Shown: one piece after another, positions 25,641-39,700 of the stretch | How the letters are laid out: each line of letters opens with the position of its first letter | Numbering within the stretch: the first letter of the stretch is position 1 | Source of the DNA: Epiperipatus broadwayi | Lineage: Eukaryota > Animalia > Onychophora | Direction: 5' to 3' | Length of the DNA: 64,000 nucleotides | NCBI GenBank assembly: GCA_028023455.1 | Contig: JAQFVV010000002.1 | Coordinates: 14,198,001-14,262,000, forward strand | Made by a program: the position numbers and the translations under genes | Notes under the pieces: generated by a model | The model's database searches: none | What the model was told of the DNA's origin: nothing | The model's input: only the letters and a program-made list of their open reading frames with translations

Positions 25641-26783
25641 TTTTTAATATTAATTCAATACCTTTTTAAAAGTAAAATATTTAATTTTGTAAAAAAAAAA
25701 TGCAACAAAAATTTTAACAGCAAATTTATATCATTTTATGTTTTTGTATTAATCTAAACTAAAATGTTTCACAGTCAATACATGCCAAATTATGATTTAT
25801 TTAGTCATTAAAATTTTTTTATTTCAATAATAGATATTTTGTAACTTTGCTAATATCTTTTAAAAATAAATAATTTTTGCATTAAATTTTTTTGAAAAAG
25901 AAATTGACTTCTTAGAAATGTAATTGTTTTTCATGTGCTTCTCTAGAAGCTATGCAAGCTATTAATAGTATTAATATTTTATATTACATTTGTGTATAAG
26001 CAACACCTATGTCTAAAATAGTATTAGTTAAAATTTTTAAATTCTATTCATTATATATTATTGCATCATTTAGATTTAATCCTGCTACAACACCTTTATA
26101 TTTCTTCATTATAGATTACCTACATATGTAGAAGAATATCATTTTGTTTATATTTATATTATAGCAGAAGAAATATAGTTTTTACTTATTTTAATAAAAG
26201 ATTTTTAATTCAGAGGAAGCTTTTTAATTTAATTACTTAGACAAAGAAACAGGTTATCTGGATTTTTTAAAATTTTATTTACACCTTTATTTAAAATTAG
26301 ACTAATGTAACTAGCTAATTCTAGCAATAGAAATTAATAATAAAAAAATTATTTGACAATGTATAAATATATAAATACCATTTTCATTTATGCATATTTT
26401 ATATATCTAATTGATAGTATTATATTAAAATGCCTTGGTTCATGAATAAATTTCTGATTGGGAAAAGTAAAAATGTCTTTATTGGAGATAACTTTTTTAA
26501 CGTATAAGAAAAGGAAGTAATTGAAAATAAATAATTGTATGATTGAATGAAAAGTATCATAGAAATTCATTGAAAATTATTACTAACATTTATTACTTAA
26601 TTGTCAATATTCTTTATTATCTTTAGATACTTAGATTAATATAAAGCGATCATCAGCCTCTCATGCTATTCTCCTTTTTGCATTAGTTGTTACAATGGGA
26701 TTCTATATTTGTGCAAACCATAGTTGTATCCTCTAATTAAATACATAGCAAATCTGATTTAATCTTTTTTTTTTTTCTGAGTA

Positions 26784-28124
26784 CACCCGGGTCTCGTTTT
26801 ATGCAGATTTATTTAATGTGATTTTTAAGTTATGCGGTTCATGTTTCTTCTTAATATCTTTGTATGCGGTTTTTTTTTTATGCAATAAAAATTATTAGAT
26901 CAGAAGTCAAGCTCCGATAATGGGCTATTACTTTAAATATTATAAATTTCACGCACTTGCGTCATATTTAAAGTAATAGCGCATTATTGAAGTTCGACTT
27001 CTCTCTAATAATTTCAATATTTTCAGTGCTTTATAATAGTACTGTAATAGATTTTATGCAATAAAGAAGTTCATAATTCACTTAAAATCAGGATTTCCCT
27101 ATTTCATATACACACATTAAATTTTACAAGATTATAATGTAAATCTGTTCAAACGTTATAGATGCCTATATTATGCATGTTGTTTTTTGTTTTTTTTTGC
27201 ATTTTAAATCACATTCTATTTTTGCTTTTTAAAAGAAGAGTCAATTAATCATTTAGTGTCCGCAAGTTTATTTTTAAAAGGTTAGTTATAGCGGTGGGCA
27301 CAATAAAATTTGACCATTAAAATCTGATTTTTAATTATAATTAACAATTTAAAAATTATGTAATGTGATCTGAAAATAATGTGATGCAAAACAATGAAAT
27401 TTGATTTTTAAACGGAATTGAAAATTAAAGACAAATAAGAATTTAATTTTTAATTGTTAGTTTTAATTAAACTTTGCCCAACAGTGGTGAGTCTGTGTCT
27501 TTTTATTATCGTAAGTTCTTATTTTTATTTTAAACTTTTAGTTTATTCTAACGGAGAAGAAAAAAACACCCAACAAAATGAATTTCTTTGGAAACAAAAA
27601 TTTCAATTTTCGATCGCTTAGCACAATCGGAAGGTTCAACAGCGATTGGAAAACGTTTAGTTTAGGCAAGTCCACGATAAGAGCAATTAAAAAAATGAAG
27701 TTGGCCCTAGTTGTATTTTTTCTTGTGACGAATCTGATGTCTTAGTAGTTTACAAACGAACTTACTTATCATCAAATAGCGATAATAATTAAAATACTGT
27801 ACATGTATGAAAAAATGAAAAATACTGTAAATTACGCATAAAAATATATTGTTTTGAATAAAATTAAATGCTGTAGTTAATAAATAAGTAAAAAAAGTTT
27901 GTCTTGTATTAATTTTTTTCAAATTTGAAATTTTTTATTAGTCATATTTTACTTCCTTATTTTTTTTTTTTGTGCGAATTTTAAAGTAATTTTACGTTGT
28001 AGCTTTGCTTTTATGCAATTTTTGGAAAATTACAGCACCTATCCCCCATTTTTCAAGGTAAGTTAAGTATTTTTGTGCGCGTTTTCTGAGGAACCTATCT
28101 ACCGCATAAAACGAGACCCAGGTG
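26784..28124 (+). mobile_element. Tigger/pogo-derived element, copy 3
   Basis: TA|CACCCGGGTCTCG ... CGAGACCCAGGTG|TA; colinear with copy 1 but without its internal duplication. Confidence 0.88.
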
Positions 28125-28199
28125 TATATTTGTTTAAAATGGTTGCTAATGATGATAATGCAATTAATACTTAAAAAAAAAAAACATTTTATATTTTAC

Positions 28200-28480
28200 A
28201 ATTCTCTACCACTTGCTTTAATTCATTGTAGTTATGTCTATATAGTCCCATTTTTGAAGATGAAATGATGTCTTCTTGGCCATTTTCCAGATATTTTTCC
28301 TTCTATACCTATATTAGTAAATTATCACACGACTATCCTATTTAACCATCTGGTCCTAACTTGAGAGGTGAATATCCTTTTCTCTATCCATTTTTTCCAT
28401 TCCTATATATCAAACTTTCCCATCTTTTAATATCTATTAAAAATTTATAACAGAGTATTTAACTAAATTTAGGATTTCAT
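28200..28480 (-). mobile_element. RTE-like LINE 3' fragment
   Basis: Minus strand gives GIEGKISGKWPRR, resembling the GxIEGKRxRGRPR C-terminal motif of RTE elements. Confidence 0.5.
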
Positions 28481-31400
28481 AATTCTATTATATAAGTTAG
28501 TATTCACTGGCTTTGATTTCAAAAGTGACCTCATTTTTTTTAAAAAAAAGCCTTTTCATAACTTCTGTGTTTTACTAACTTCCATATTTTTGAATGTATA
28601 AATATCTGAAAGCAGTTCAAACCTAAACAATACCAAGAATCTTATCTGTATGTTATGAGAAATTAGGTGTATTAGCTAATATAGTGAAAAATAATTTGTT
28701 TTGTGTATAATATTTATTGTTTATTGCATTGTCCTGTACATTTAGTTTTTTTTAGCATGAAACATGTTCTTTTTAATATATATTCATACTCATAATAGAA
28801 CTCTATAAAAGTTACAGTACCCATTACAAATTAAATTTCATTTTAACATTTAAATGAACTTGATAAATAAAAAAAATTGTGTTTTTTAGCAGAATTCCCT
28901 ATGAATTGAAGCCATTTCAAATGAAATTTTAAATTTTTGCCAGAAAGTAAATTTAGTCTGATTGGAAAATAATTTATACAAGCATAAAATTTATATATTT
29001 TTTTAATTTACAAATCTTAATGTTTTGTTTGTGTACTTTTTGTTTTTAATAACATATAATTGAATTAGCAGATATTGGGGTATGTGTGATGGTTTGTAAG
29101 CTAATCTTTGTTTAATTATTTATAGAATCAGAAATTGCTAAAACTAAATAGTTTACAGAGTTAATATATTAATAGTTTTTAAAATTAGAGAGCAAGAAAA
29201 CTTTAATTTGCAAGTTATTGTTAATGGAAAGCAATGAAGAAAAAGAATGATAATAATTATAAACTATTATTCAAAATTTATATTAAAACAGAATTTAAAT
29301 ATCAAATGGATTAAAGCATAGGGCTAATGTATTATATAAGTGAAAAATTTTTTTCCTTATTAGTTTGAATTGCAATAATTATGAAATGCCTTTTGCTTTG
29401 AATTGTTTTTGATTGTCATAGTATCATAAAAATATCTACACAATTTTTTATAAAAATTTTAATTTTTCACTACAAAGGAATAATAGCATCAAGAAGAAAT
29501 TAATATGAATCATATTGAAATAATATCTATTTATCACTGATGTTTAATGATGGAAAATTAGATAAATATTATTTTGATAAACATAGTGTACATGCAAATC
29601 CCAAATTACTTTATATGATGATATTAATAAATGTGATTATGATCATTATAAAAGGTTCTTGACTTATTTTTTTATCCATTGTGTACGAATGTATTTGTAT
29701 ATTGAATTAAAAATGATTGCATTTGAAGAATTAAATAAAATAGAGAAGGTATTTAAGAATTGAATAGTTTGTTTGCTAAGAGTTTAAAAGACTTTTGAGC
29801 ACCAGAAATGTTAGTAGAACTGCAATTTATGGACCTACTTCCAGAGTTTACCTTTATATCATTACACTGAATCATGAATGTGTGGTTTATTAATATGCTG
29901 ATGCTTCTAGTAAATAACAATAAGATTATTTATAATTAAAACCATTGAACTAGCATAGCTTAAATGTATATGTAATTAATATATAAATTTATATAACATT
30001 CAATTCTAGTATAGAGTTAGGCAGTATTTATTATGTAATTAATGGAAGCAAACCACTTTCCTTCAGACTATGATTAAATAGCATTCTATATTCAACAAGG
30101 AGCACTAATTCTTTAGATCTTTGTTTTGATGTTTATCATTGATGGAAATTCTAAATGAAATTAATATATCCATCAGATTAAAATATAGCATTAATACTTA
30201 TTAAACTAATAATCAATTAAAGAAGGATATAGATGGAATTTACTTTCAATAATTTTTTAATCTTCAAGCAGAAATTAATACTGTAATTGTGAACAAAATT
30301 AGCATTGATAGCTTAATGTGTAAATAAAGGAATCAAACATGTTTCTCTCAGCCTATGAATAAATAGCATTGATTATCAAGAATTGTAATTTTTTATTTAT
30401 TTAATTTTGATTAAAATACACACTTGAAAATAAATTATTTAAAAATAAAATTAATAAATTCCTATTGCTAAATAATCTAATAAATTAAAAAACAATTGAT
30501 ATTAGGACTAACTTTTTTTTCCTTGGACAAATTGTTCTATTTAATTTGTACATCCACCAATAAAGTAACAACTGAATGAAGCTTTAAAAAAAAGCATTCT
30601 GTAATTAGATAGTCAAATTAAGAGTCATAGATCACATGACCCTATTCTCTTAAGCTTGTAAGTTATGAACAATGAGGATTGCCAATTCATCAACAAGCTT
30701 TGTGATAAATGCTTAGCCAGAGAAAGCATTTAAAATATCTGTCAGGAAGCCCCCCAACCCCTGACCATGGTATCGTGTTTTAAAAAGAAATTGGTTTTAT
30801 CTTATAGAAAGTATAAATAAGCATAGAGGGGAAAACAAATGAATCGCTGATTAAGCTGACCTATATTTTAAGCAAGAATACGATTGGGGGAAGAGGGCTA
30901 ATGATATATTTTTATAGTGATGTAAAAATAAAATATTAAAACTAATAGTATATTTAATAAAAGCAAAGGAAAATTTTTCAATACTTTTTTTTTATTTACT
31001 AGTGTATAAAGAAGCTTTATTAAAAAAATCAATTTATAAATATTTATCCAATAATGTATATATTATAATAATAGTTATTTAATATTTATTCAAGCACCTG
31101 CATAAGAATATTTTGAAGACATAAGGAGGAGTTTTGTTTATTTAATCTGGCAAAATTGATTATTCAGCAAAACTAAGGAATAGAGAATGATTAATTGACA
31201 GTATTACATCTGTATTTATATATAATGTATTACACACATTTTAAACACAGAATAGCATTTGTATTTGTTTAAAAAAAACATGCAAAGCAACTTATAAACT
31301 TTATGTTTAATAAAAATAATCAAATAGTTGCTTAGAATATCATGATGTTCAGACCCTAGAAATGAATGCTGGAGATCAGTTTCAGAAATCTTTAGTTCTC

Positions 31401-32251
31401 AACCATTGTGCATAATTTTCTTTTTAATTAAATAACATTGCCATTTTTGTTAGCAAAACTTTTTTCCACTACAATCAGTACAAATAAATATTTGCTAACT
31501 GAAGGGGATAGGGGATATATAAAGTGGCTTTTTTTTTTTTTTTTGATTTTTTATAATTATTTAAATAATTTTTAAACGAAATGAAAATAAATTTTGTCAG
31601 TATATTATTAACTTGTATTAATATATAAAAATAGATGTGCAGTTTTATGTTTTACATTATTATTTTTAAGAGAATAATGTTCTGCAATGAATTATATTGG
31701 TTTTGTGCAACAACCAAATTTGGAATAAATGAAAAGCTCTCTCCTTTTGCTGCATTGCCATGAGTAACAAAACTGACATGAAAATAATATTTTTAGTAAA
31801 AAAATTAATATAATTTTTTGTCGAAGTCGATATGAAATAATCTGTAAAAATGTATTGTTTGTAGATTTTACTTTTTAATATTTCAAAAAATATTAAATCC
31901 TCATATCTTTATAATAAGTGATAGTAGTGTTTTGCAGTAGTGGCTATCATTTAATAGGGTTTTTTTTTTTTGCTATAGTGATGATGCTTTTAGATTGTGC
32001 ATGCATGCATACACTTTATGATTATGCAGTAGTCACATTGAGCATCAATCTAATTACAGTATTTATAGATATTCTGTGATTTTTCAAATTTATTAAAAGT
32101 TTTAAATTTTTGTTATATATTTTTATATTATTACTTACATCATAACAAGATTGATTGCCCATCTTCAAAATATTTTAATCTTTTTTACAATAAAAATATT
32201 GTAAAAGATACTAAAATATCATGTATACAGGTGTTTTTTTTTTTTCAAAAA

Positions 32252-33588
32252 TAGTTCATAATTTTCCATATATATATAAGTGAATACACCAAACTTCTTT
32301 TTTTATATTACTATTATAAAAATAAAATAACACACTGTTTAGACCAGTGTTCTTCAACCCTTGGTCCGCGGCCGGCCGCGGAACTTTTCTGCAGGTCCGT
32401 GTGCTAGACGGGCAGTAAAAAGTTTGTAATAATAAATAATAAGAGTTTAAACTTTTAATTAATATAGCCAATTTTTATTTATTTTTTCATCTCATTTTTA
32501 CCCAATTAAAAAAAAAAGAAAACAGAACGAAAACAAAATCTAATCAATCATTCATAAATTAATTTGTTTTTCTAGTTATCATAGATGTTTATGGGGGGGG
32601 GGGGGTAGAATAAAATTTTTTATTACTTTTCTAAAAAAATTTAAAAAAAAGTTTTTTATTATATAAACTCCATATATATATATAAAACTTTATCTTATAT
32701 ATTTAACATTGTTGTTTTGATCAGTTATAACAATTATGCTTATCTTTAAGAAAATTTATCTATAGATTTCTGCGGTCTGCAAAATCTTATCCTTATTTTT
32801 GCTGGTCCGCGGAACCTTATCCTTATTTTTACCGGTCCGCAGGTGTGAAAAGATTGAAGACCACTGGTTTAGACTATTTTATAATAGTCTTTTTCAAGAA
32901 ATACTAAAAAATAAAAATACATAATAATAAATATAAAATATCACACATTCCAAACAAATCCAAGAACATTAAAAAAATGCTTAATTTTTTTTTTTACCTC
33001 AACACCTTTGCTATTACAAACAATCTCAAAACTTGTATCAAATTTTTTACAATTTATATACCCATCCAAAAATGCCCTAAAAACATTTAATTAACAAATC
33101 TATTATTTTCTTTTTATTAGCATTCTGTATAATTCATTTCACTAATGTAAATTCCTTTATTCTTTTATGGTGTGACTTTATATATTCTAAAGGTTTTATT
33201 TCAAAATCTTTGTGTTTAAATTTATTCATATGATTATAAATCATGAAAGAATAATAAAAGTAAGGAATTTTCATTAGTAAAACTAAACTTGAGTTAAATA
33301 GAATGCTAATAGAAAAGAAAATACTAGATTTGTTAATTAAATGATTTTAGATTATTTTTGAATGTGTATATAAATGTAAAAAGAAAATAATAGATTTGTT
33401 AATTAAATGTTTTAGGGTATTTTTGGATTGGTATATAAATGTAACAAAATTGATAATTATTATATATATTTATTTTTTAATGTTCCTTGAAAAAGACTAT
33501 TATAGAATAGTTGAAATGTTGGTATGTTATTTTGTTTTTTATAATAGTCATATAAAAAAGAAGTTTGGTGTATTCATTTATATATATA
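32252..33588. mobile_element. Penelope-type foldback, second copy of the 6096-10127 family
   Basis: Same arm sequence with a shorter centre. Hammerhead-like CTTGAAAAAGACTATTATAGAATAGTTGAAATGTTGG at ~33486-33522. Confidence 0.75.
32345..32866. mobile_element. hAT MITE
   Basis: TIRs CAGTGTTCTTCAA / TTGAAGACCACTG; perfect 8-bp TSD GTTTAGAC; repeated GGTCCGC subterminal motifs. Confidence 0.92.
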
Positions 33589-34349
33589 AAATACTTTGTA
33601 TGTAAACATGTTTTTTCCCCTTGGAGCTGATTTTAATCTTTTCTGTTTAAACCTTTTCTCTATTGAGAATCATATACAGCATTATAGTAATAAAAATGTT
33701 GATTTAGATATTAATCCTATGGAGGATTTTGTAATGCAATGTTAATGAATAAATAAATATAAAATTTTATTTGGAATAAGCTTATTTTTAAAAAAAAAAA
33801 ATTTTTTTTTTGACTTTATATTTACAAAACTATAATTTTTTTTTTTTTTTACATCTAACACATGCCCTCCCCCCTCTCCCATTTTTCAAATTTTATTCAT
33901 ATATGTTTCTTTTGAAAAATACTTATTTTTTTTGCAAATAACTTTTGATTAAATGCAATTTATTATTGGCAGTCACACAATTTTATTCTATTTATTGTTT
34001 TCAATTATTTCTTAGGCCATAAATTGATTAATAAGAAATTCAACGTTTCCAAGTTTTCATAAATGAATTTTCGTGTATGTATAATTGGTGGATGCAATAG
34101 GTAGTAATTTAGGACAATGAAAAGAAATTAAAACTATTCTTGTAAATTAAGATTAAAGAAGCTTGATAGCCTTAATATAGAAATGACAAAAAACTTCTAA
34201 CAATGTGAATTTGAAATTCAAATCATTTATGTTTCAAAGGTACTTTATTCATTCTTTATTAAGAAAACATTGGTTACACTTATTTTTTTACAACATTAAT
34301 TAAATCATAGACACTAGATACAACAAATCAATCAAAAAAAAAAACAAAA

Positions 34350-34900
34350 ACAACCTAGATACTATTATTGAGGCAAGTGGGTCATGCTACTGTTTTGAAG
34401 ATTGGGAGAGTCCCAACAAGGTTTCTATATATACCTTGTATTCAGAAACTTTTCTATTCCTTCTCTTATTGTTTCTAGCTTATTTCTTAAAGCAAACTGT
34501 TTTCATAGACACATATGCATCTTTTGCACCATAGCATAGAGAACAAAGATATTAGCACATACATTCGAAAATAAACCTTTACCATTCCTTAAACTTATAT
34601 CCAATATTTTTATTCTTAAAAGCTGGGATATCAGAAATAAATATGAGATTGGGTTTTGGACTCTCTTTTATAAAGACCACAACAATCATCTATTGTTTGA
34701 ATTTGTCTTTTATATTTGTAAAAAAAATTTGGTAGGAAATGCTTCTAAGTTGATCTTAACCAGATAATCAAAGAATTTAAGCTCAAGTGACCAATATCTA
34801 AATTTGTGACATAGTTGTTTATTTGTAAGTTCAAATATTATAAAGTATATTTTGCCTTTATTTTATTGCTATCAAAATATCAAGTTGGCCAAGTATTTCA
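34350..34900 (-). mobile_element. Possible decayed LINE 3' fragment
   Basis: Composition and a minus-strand Cys/His-containing segment are suggestive only. Confidence 0.3.
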
Positions 34901-35269
34901 TCTTGATAATTTTTTTTGTTTAAGAAAAGCAATTATGCTATATTATGATAAAGTTATTCAATTTTTTTTTTTTAGTTTTTGTTTATAAATGTTTAAATAG
35001 TTGTGTTAATAAAATACGTGTTAGTATTTGCAATTTGGAGGGGGGGGGGAGAGTAATTCACCTAATAGTATGGTATCAAGTTCCCCTGCTGTTATTTATA
35101 GATGAGTAATTACTATATTTTAAGAAAAATATTAATTTTATATGTAGTAAAATTGATTCAAATATACAGATAAGGTATGTTTAAGATTTATAAAGATATC
35201 TAGTTTCATACCATCTGTTCATTTTTTTGATATTTTGATTATTAATTATAAATTATACAACGTTACTGC

Positions 35270-36380
35270 TATTAAGACATTTTTTTTTTGTTTATTTTAA
35301 GGCCAGTTTTTTCTTCTTCAACTAAATAATTGCCTTTTATTACTATCTCCTCAAAACTATCATTTAATAGATACTGGTCATCTGCGTAGTCCAGGACTTT
35401 TGGATAGTATTTAATGTCCAATACGTACATCCATAAATATTTTAAGCCCTTCATATGATCAAATCCAAAACCGTTATAAATAATAAAAGTGAAAAGTAAG
35501 CAGCATATTGTCATTGTTGATTGCATTCTAAACAACTTAATTTCTGTACATTTTTTTTATTATTTTATTATTATACATTGTAAAAATATATTGTTTAATC
35601 AGGTTACTTCAGGGGTCCCCAACCTTTTTGCACTTAAGAGCACATTCTATAATACCGGCCAGGTGGCGGGCACCATTTATTTTTTTCAACCAGATGGTGG
35701 GCACCATTTATTTTTTCAATGTAAATTTATAGTTGGATATTGTTAATAACACACATAATGTACAAAAAAATATTTATTTCAAAAATAAAATTTTAACATA
35801 TAATTAATGTTTATATTTTTACGCTGTAAAAGTATAGTATGCCCTACAATTATAAGAAATTTTAAAAACTAAATTTATTTGTATCAGATAAATAATTTTT
35901 TATCGTGTTCGGATAGCAGCGAGCACACGTAAAATGGTCTGCGGGCACCATGGTGCCCATGGGCATAGGGTTGGGGATCCCTAGGTTACTTGATTTTTCA
36001 AGTGTGTTAAGCATTTTTGTCATTGTTTCAATTCTTAATTTTGTTTTGGAAGTCTTTTCAAAGTCAAATGAGCAGTTCTTTATAAAATTGTTCTATTAAT
36101 GACCCCCCATAGTTTTCATTGTGTTTAATACTGAATTTTCTGGAAGTTATTCTGAATACATTTTTTTTTTCATCCCAGATATGACATTTGTCAATTCAGC
36201 TAAAATGTAGAGGTATTTATTTTTTATGCTTTATTTTTTGAAGCTTTGTCATTCTTCAGATATTTGTAGGCTTAAATCATTTCAGATGTTGGGGATCTGA
36301 ATTAATGCTGATATCTAAGTTTATATTGAGTAAGATCTGTAGGAGTTGAGTTCATTATCAATAGTCAAAGCATCATTTAA
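35270..36380 (-). mobile_element. LINE (RTE-like) reverse transcriptase fragment, interrupted by a hAT MITE
   Basis: Minus strand LDYADDQYLL...GLKINKKK (ORF 35272-35535) and upstream LKNDKAS, typical of non-LTR RT. Confidence 0.7.
35610..35983. mobile_element. hAT MITE
   Basis: TIRs CAGGGGTCCCCAACC / GGTTGGGGATCCCTA; perfect 8-bp TSD GGTTACTT. Confidence 0.92.
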
Positions 36381-36382
36381 GA

Positions 36383-36636
36383 CGGGGGTCCCCAACCTTT
36401 TTGCACCAAGAGCACATTCTATAATACCGGCCATGTGGCGGGCACCATTTATTTTTTCAATGTAAATTTATAGTTGGATATTGTTAATAGTACACATAAT
36501 GTACAACAAGATATTTTTAAAAATTAAATTTATTTGTAGCAGATAAATAATTTTTTATTGTGTTCAGACAGCGGCGGGCACATAAAATGGTCTACGGGCA
36601 CCATGGTGCCCGCGGGCATAGGGTTAGGGACTCTTG
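36383..36636. mobile_element. hAT MITE, same family as 35610-35983
   Basis: TIRs CGGGGGTCCCCAACC / GGTTAGGGACTCTTG; perfect 8-bp TSD ATTTAAGA. Confidence 0.92.
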
Positions 36637-36734
36637 ATTTAAGATATAGTAGCCTCTCCCCTTAGCACCATGTCTATAATAATTGATTCCAAACTATATT
36701 GTGGATTCTGAAATTTTCAGATAGTAGTGAATTT

Positions 36735-39700
36735 TCTATGTATCGATTATTAATTGAATACAATAAAAATGAGGCACATGAGCATATTTCTTATTTAATA
36801 ACGTTAACATGAGTTTATACAATTAGAATTGAGAGCATTAACACAATTATATATATATGGCAAATTGGTATAAGTAATAAACATAATTATAAAGGATAAC
36901 AATTAGGATAATAATGGTTATTTACAATTAAAGCCATAAATCATACAAAAATTTCTTCACCTTCAGTGGGGATTCTTCTGGATTACAACTGCAGGGGCGA
37001 AATCCACTATAATTCTGGATACATATTGACAGCAAGACTAACAAAGACAGGCTAGTTTTCTAACAGGTATTTATAGAACACAGAGAAAACTTCTCTTAAT
37101 TGCCTGTTCAATCAGTTTTTTTTTTCTATGTTTACTTTTCCTTTTTTAATGTTTCCGGTTTTGATGTATACACACAAGCACTATCTCCACTGACTCCTGA
37201 GAAACTCTATAGACTTCCAATTTTCTCTGGAGTAGATAGGTTGGGGATTGGTAAGTCTTTTGATTCTCGGACATAGTGTTGTATTAAGTTGTAATTTCAT
37301 CATATTGGGTTCTTCTAGTTTAGTATAAATAACTGTATGAGTCTCTATGCAATCTTTTTGAGTATAGGTTGGTGTTTCATGACTTTCAGCATCAGTGTCT
37401 GAATTTGTTTTAACCCAGGTTTTTCTAATGTGATTTACATGGTGTCTGTATGTTATTCCAGTAGAGATTTGCCTTTCTACATGTGGTTTGAAATTACTTT
37501 TTTTATTTGGCCCTCTATCCACAATTTCTGTAGATTATCTCTTCCAATCTTTTTCTCCAGTAACATAGTTATTTTCTGGATTTCTTATCAGTTGTTCCTT
37601 CTTTGGCAGGAGGATCGATAATTTGTTTCAATTTTTCCCCATTATTTCTGCTGGTCATTTACCAGTGACTATGGCTGAGTGATGTGTTGGTGTAGCATTG
37701 CCACATCCAGTGCTTCTTTGGTGCTTAAGTAACTTAATCTATTGAGAGTTAGCTTCAATTGTTGGATTGCCTTATCCGCCATTCCATTTGATTCTGGGTG
37801 ATATAGTAGTGCTAGTACATTGGTTTCCCCAATCTTTCAAAAAGGCCTTGAATTCTTACAAATTGAATCCAGTTCCATTATCAGAAACAAGTACCTCTGG
37901 AGATCCATGATATGTAATTATATAAAGATTTCCCTTAAGAGTGCGTATAGTTCCTTTTGAATTCTACAAATTTATATTCTGCCCACTTGGAGGCATCATT
38001 TACTAATACAAATATAATGTTCCAATGTTTCGGACCTCGATGGGTGATATATACCCAGTTCCAAAGTATTTTTTTAAGGCCATGGTGAATACTTTTTCTG
38101 GGGCGAGTTTTTGGTAGACTGACAAGGTCTGCACACATTTGTTTCTCTATGTTGCTTATGTCCAGACAGTATACATAGCTGCAAGCAAGAGCGTTCACTC
38201 TCCCCACATCAGGATGTCCTTTGTGAATTAGTTTTAACCCTTTTTGCGACCTACAGGTGGTATCAAAACTCAGTCATTTATAACACATCCGTTCAACATT
38301 GATAGTTGTTGGCAAGCTGTCCATAATGATTGGTTTAGATAAGGTGGCCATCCATTTCTAATTCATCCAATCATGTTTTGTTTTCTGTGGTTTCCCTAGT
38401 TCAGTTGGCTACAGTTTTACTGTTGATTGACTTAGATTTCCAGTGATCTAAAAAATTGTATTTCCACATCATCATATTTTTTTATCGTATCAGGGACACG
38501 AGATAAAGTGTCACCATGTCTGATTTGAGGGTTCTTCTGATAGCATAATTCATATTCATAGGCTGCCAGTAAATTGTACCAAGGGATCATCCATGGACTC
38601 AGATGGTCTTGAGCAGCTTGTTTGTTGCCTAAAATACTTGGGAATGGGCGGTGATCTGAGTTGATTTTGATTTGCATTCCATATTTATACTAGTGGAATT
38701 TCCGTAATGCAGCAATAATTGCTAGCACTTCTTGGTCAAGTTGGTTGTAATTGCTTGTTCTTGACATGTGCTATGGGCCCTTTCTCTTCTGATATGTGAC
38801 TTCAGAACCACTTTAATTTCATTCTCGGATGCATCTGTACTTTAATGGTAGATCAAAGTTCTGATCATAAGGTATTAACAGGTGATCCGAAGCTAGCAAT
38901 GTCTTGAGCTTCTGGAAAGTTCCTTCTTGTGGGATTTCCCATGTCCATTTTTCGATTCTTTTTAGAAGCTCATATTAGAGGTTTTGCTACATTTGGCTTG
39001 GTTTTTAATAAAATTTTTCAAGAAATTAAGCCTAAGAGTGCTTAGAGTTATTTTGTGTTTTTTGGGGTTTGGGCATTCATTACGGCCCTAGCATTTTTGG
39101 GGGGCTTAGGTTGGATTCCTCTGACCGAGATGATGTATATTCCTAGTAACTTTATTTCCATCTCATCCCAAACACATTTTTGTATATTAAAAGTAACTTC
39201 ATATTTTCTAATCTTTCACATTCCCTATTTAACTTCTTTCAGTGAATTCCTTAAATCAACGATTATTAAGGTATTGAAGTACAGTATAATCCTCCTCAAG
39301 CCTTCCTGTATAGCGTTCATTTTTTTGCTTAGAAGACATTTGGAACTGATTCATCACAAAAGGAAATCTTTTCTACTTGTATAATACCTTAGGCATCATA
39401 ATGGTCAACATGGCTGCAGCTTCTTTTTATACTGGTGGAAGGCTGCATTCAGATCCAGTTTTGCAAATTGCTTGGCCCCTTTAATCCAGCTAAAATTTCT
39501 CTGATATATGGCACAGGCTATAGACTTTTCTCTATATATTTATTAATGGTCAATCTGTAGTCTCCACATATACGTATTTTACCATTTTGTTTTGTAACAA
39601 TAACAATAGGTGTGGTCCATTCTGCCTTCTCTTTAGATGTTAGTACTCCTTTCCACTAATTCACTTAGAAATTCTTCAACTCTTGAGTCTGGGTGAATGG

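Noticed and set aside
29400-30400. Recurring ATAGCATT / AGCTTAAATGT motifs as a coding or regulatory array
   Set aside because: Irregular spacing, very AT-rich, no open frame; at most an old degenerate duplication.
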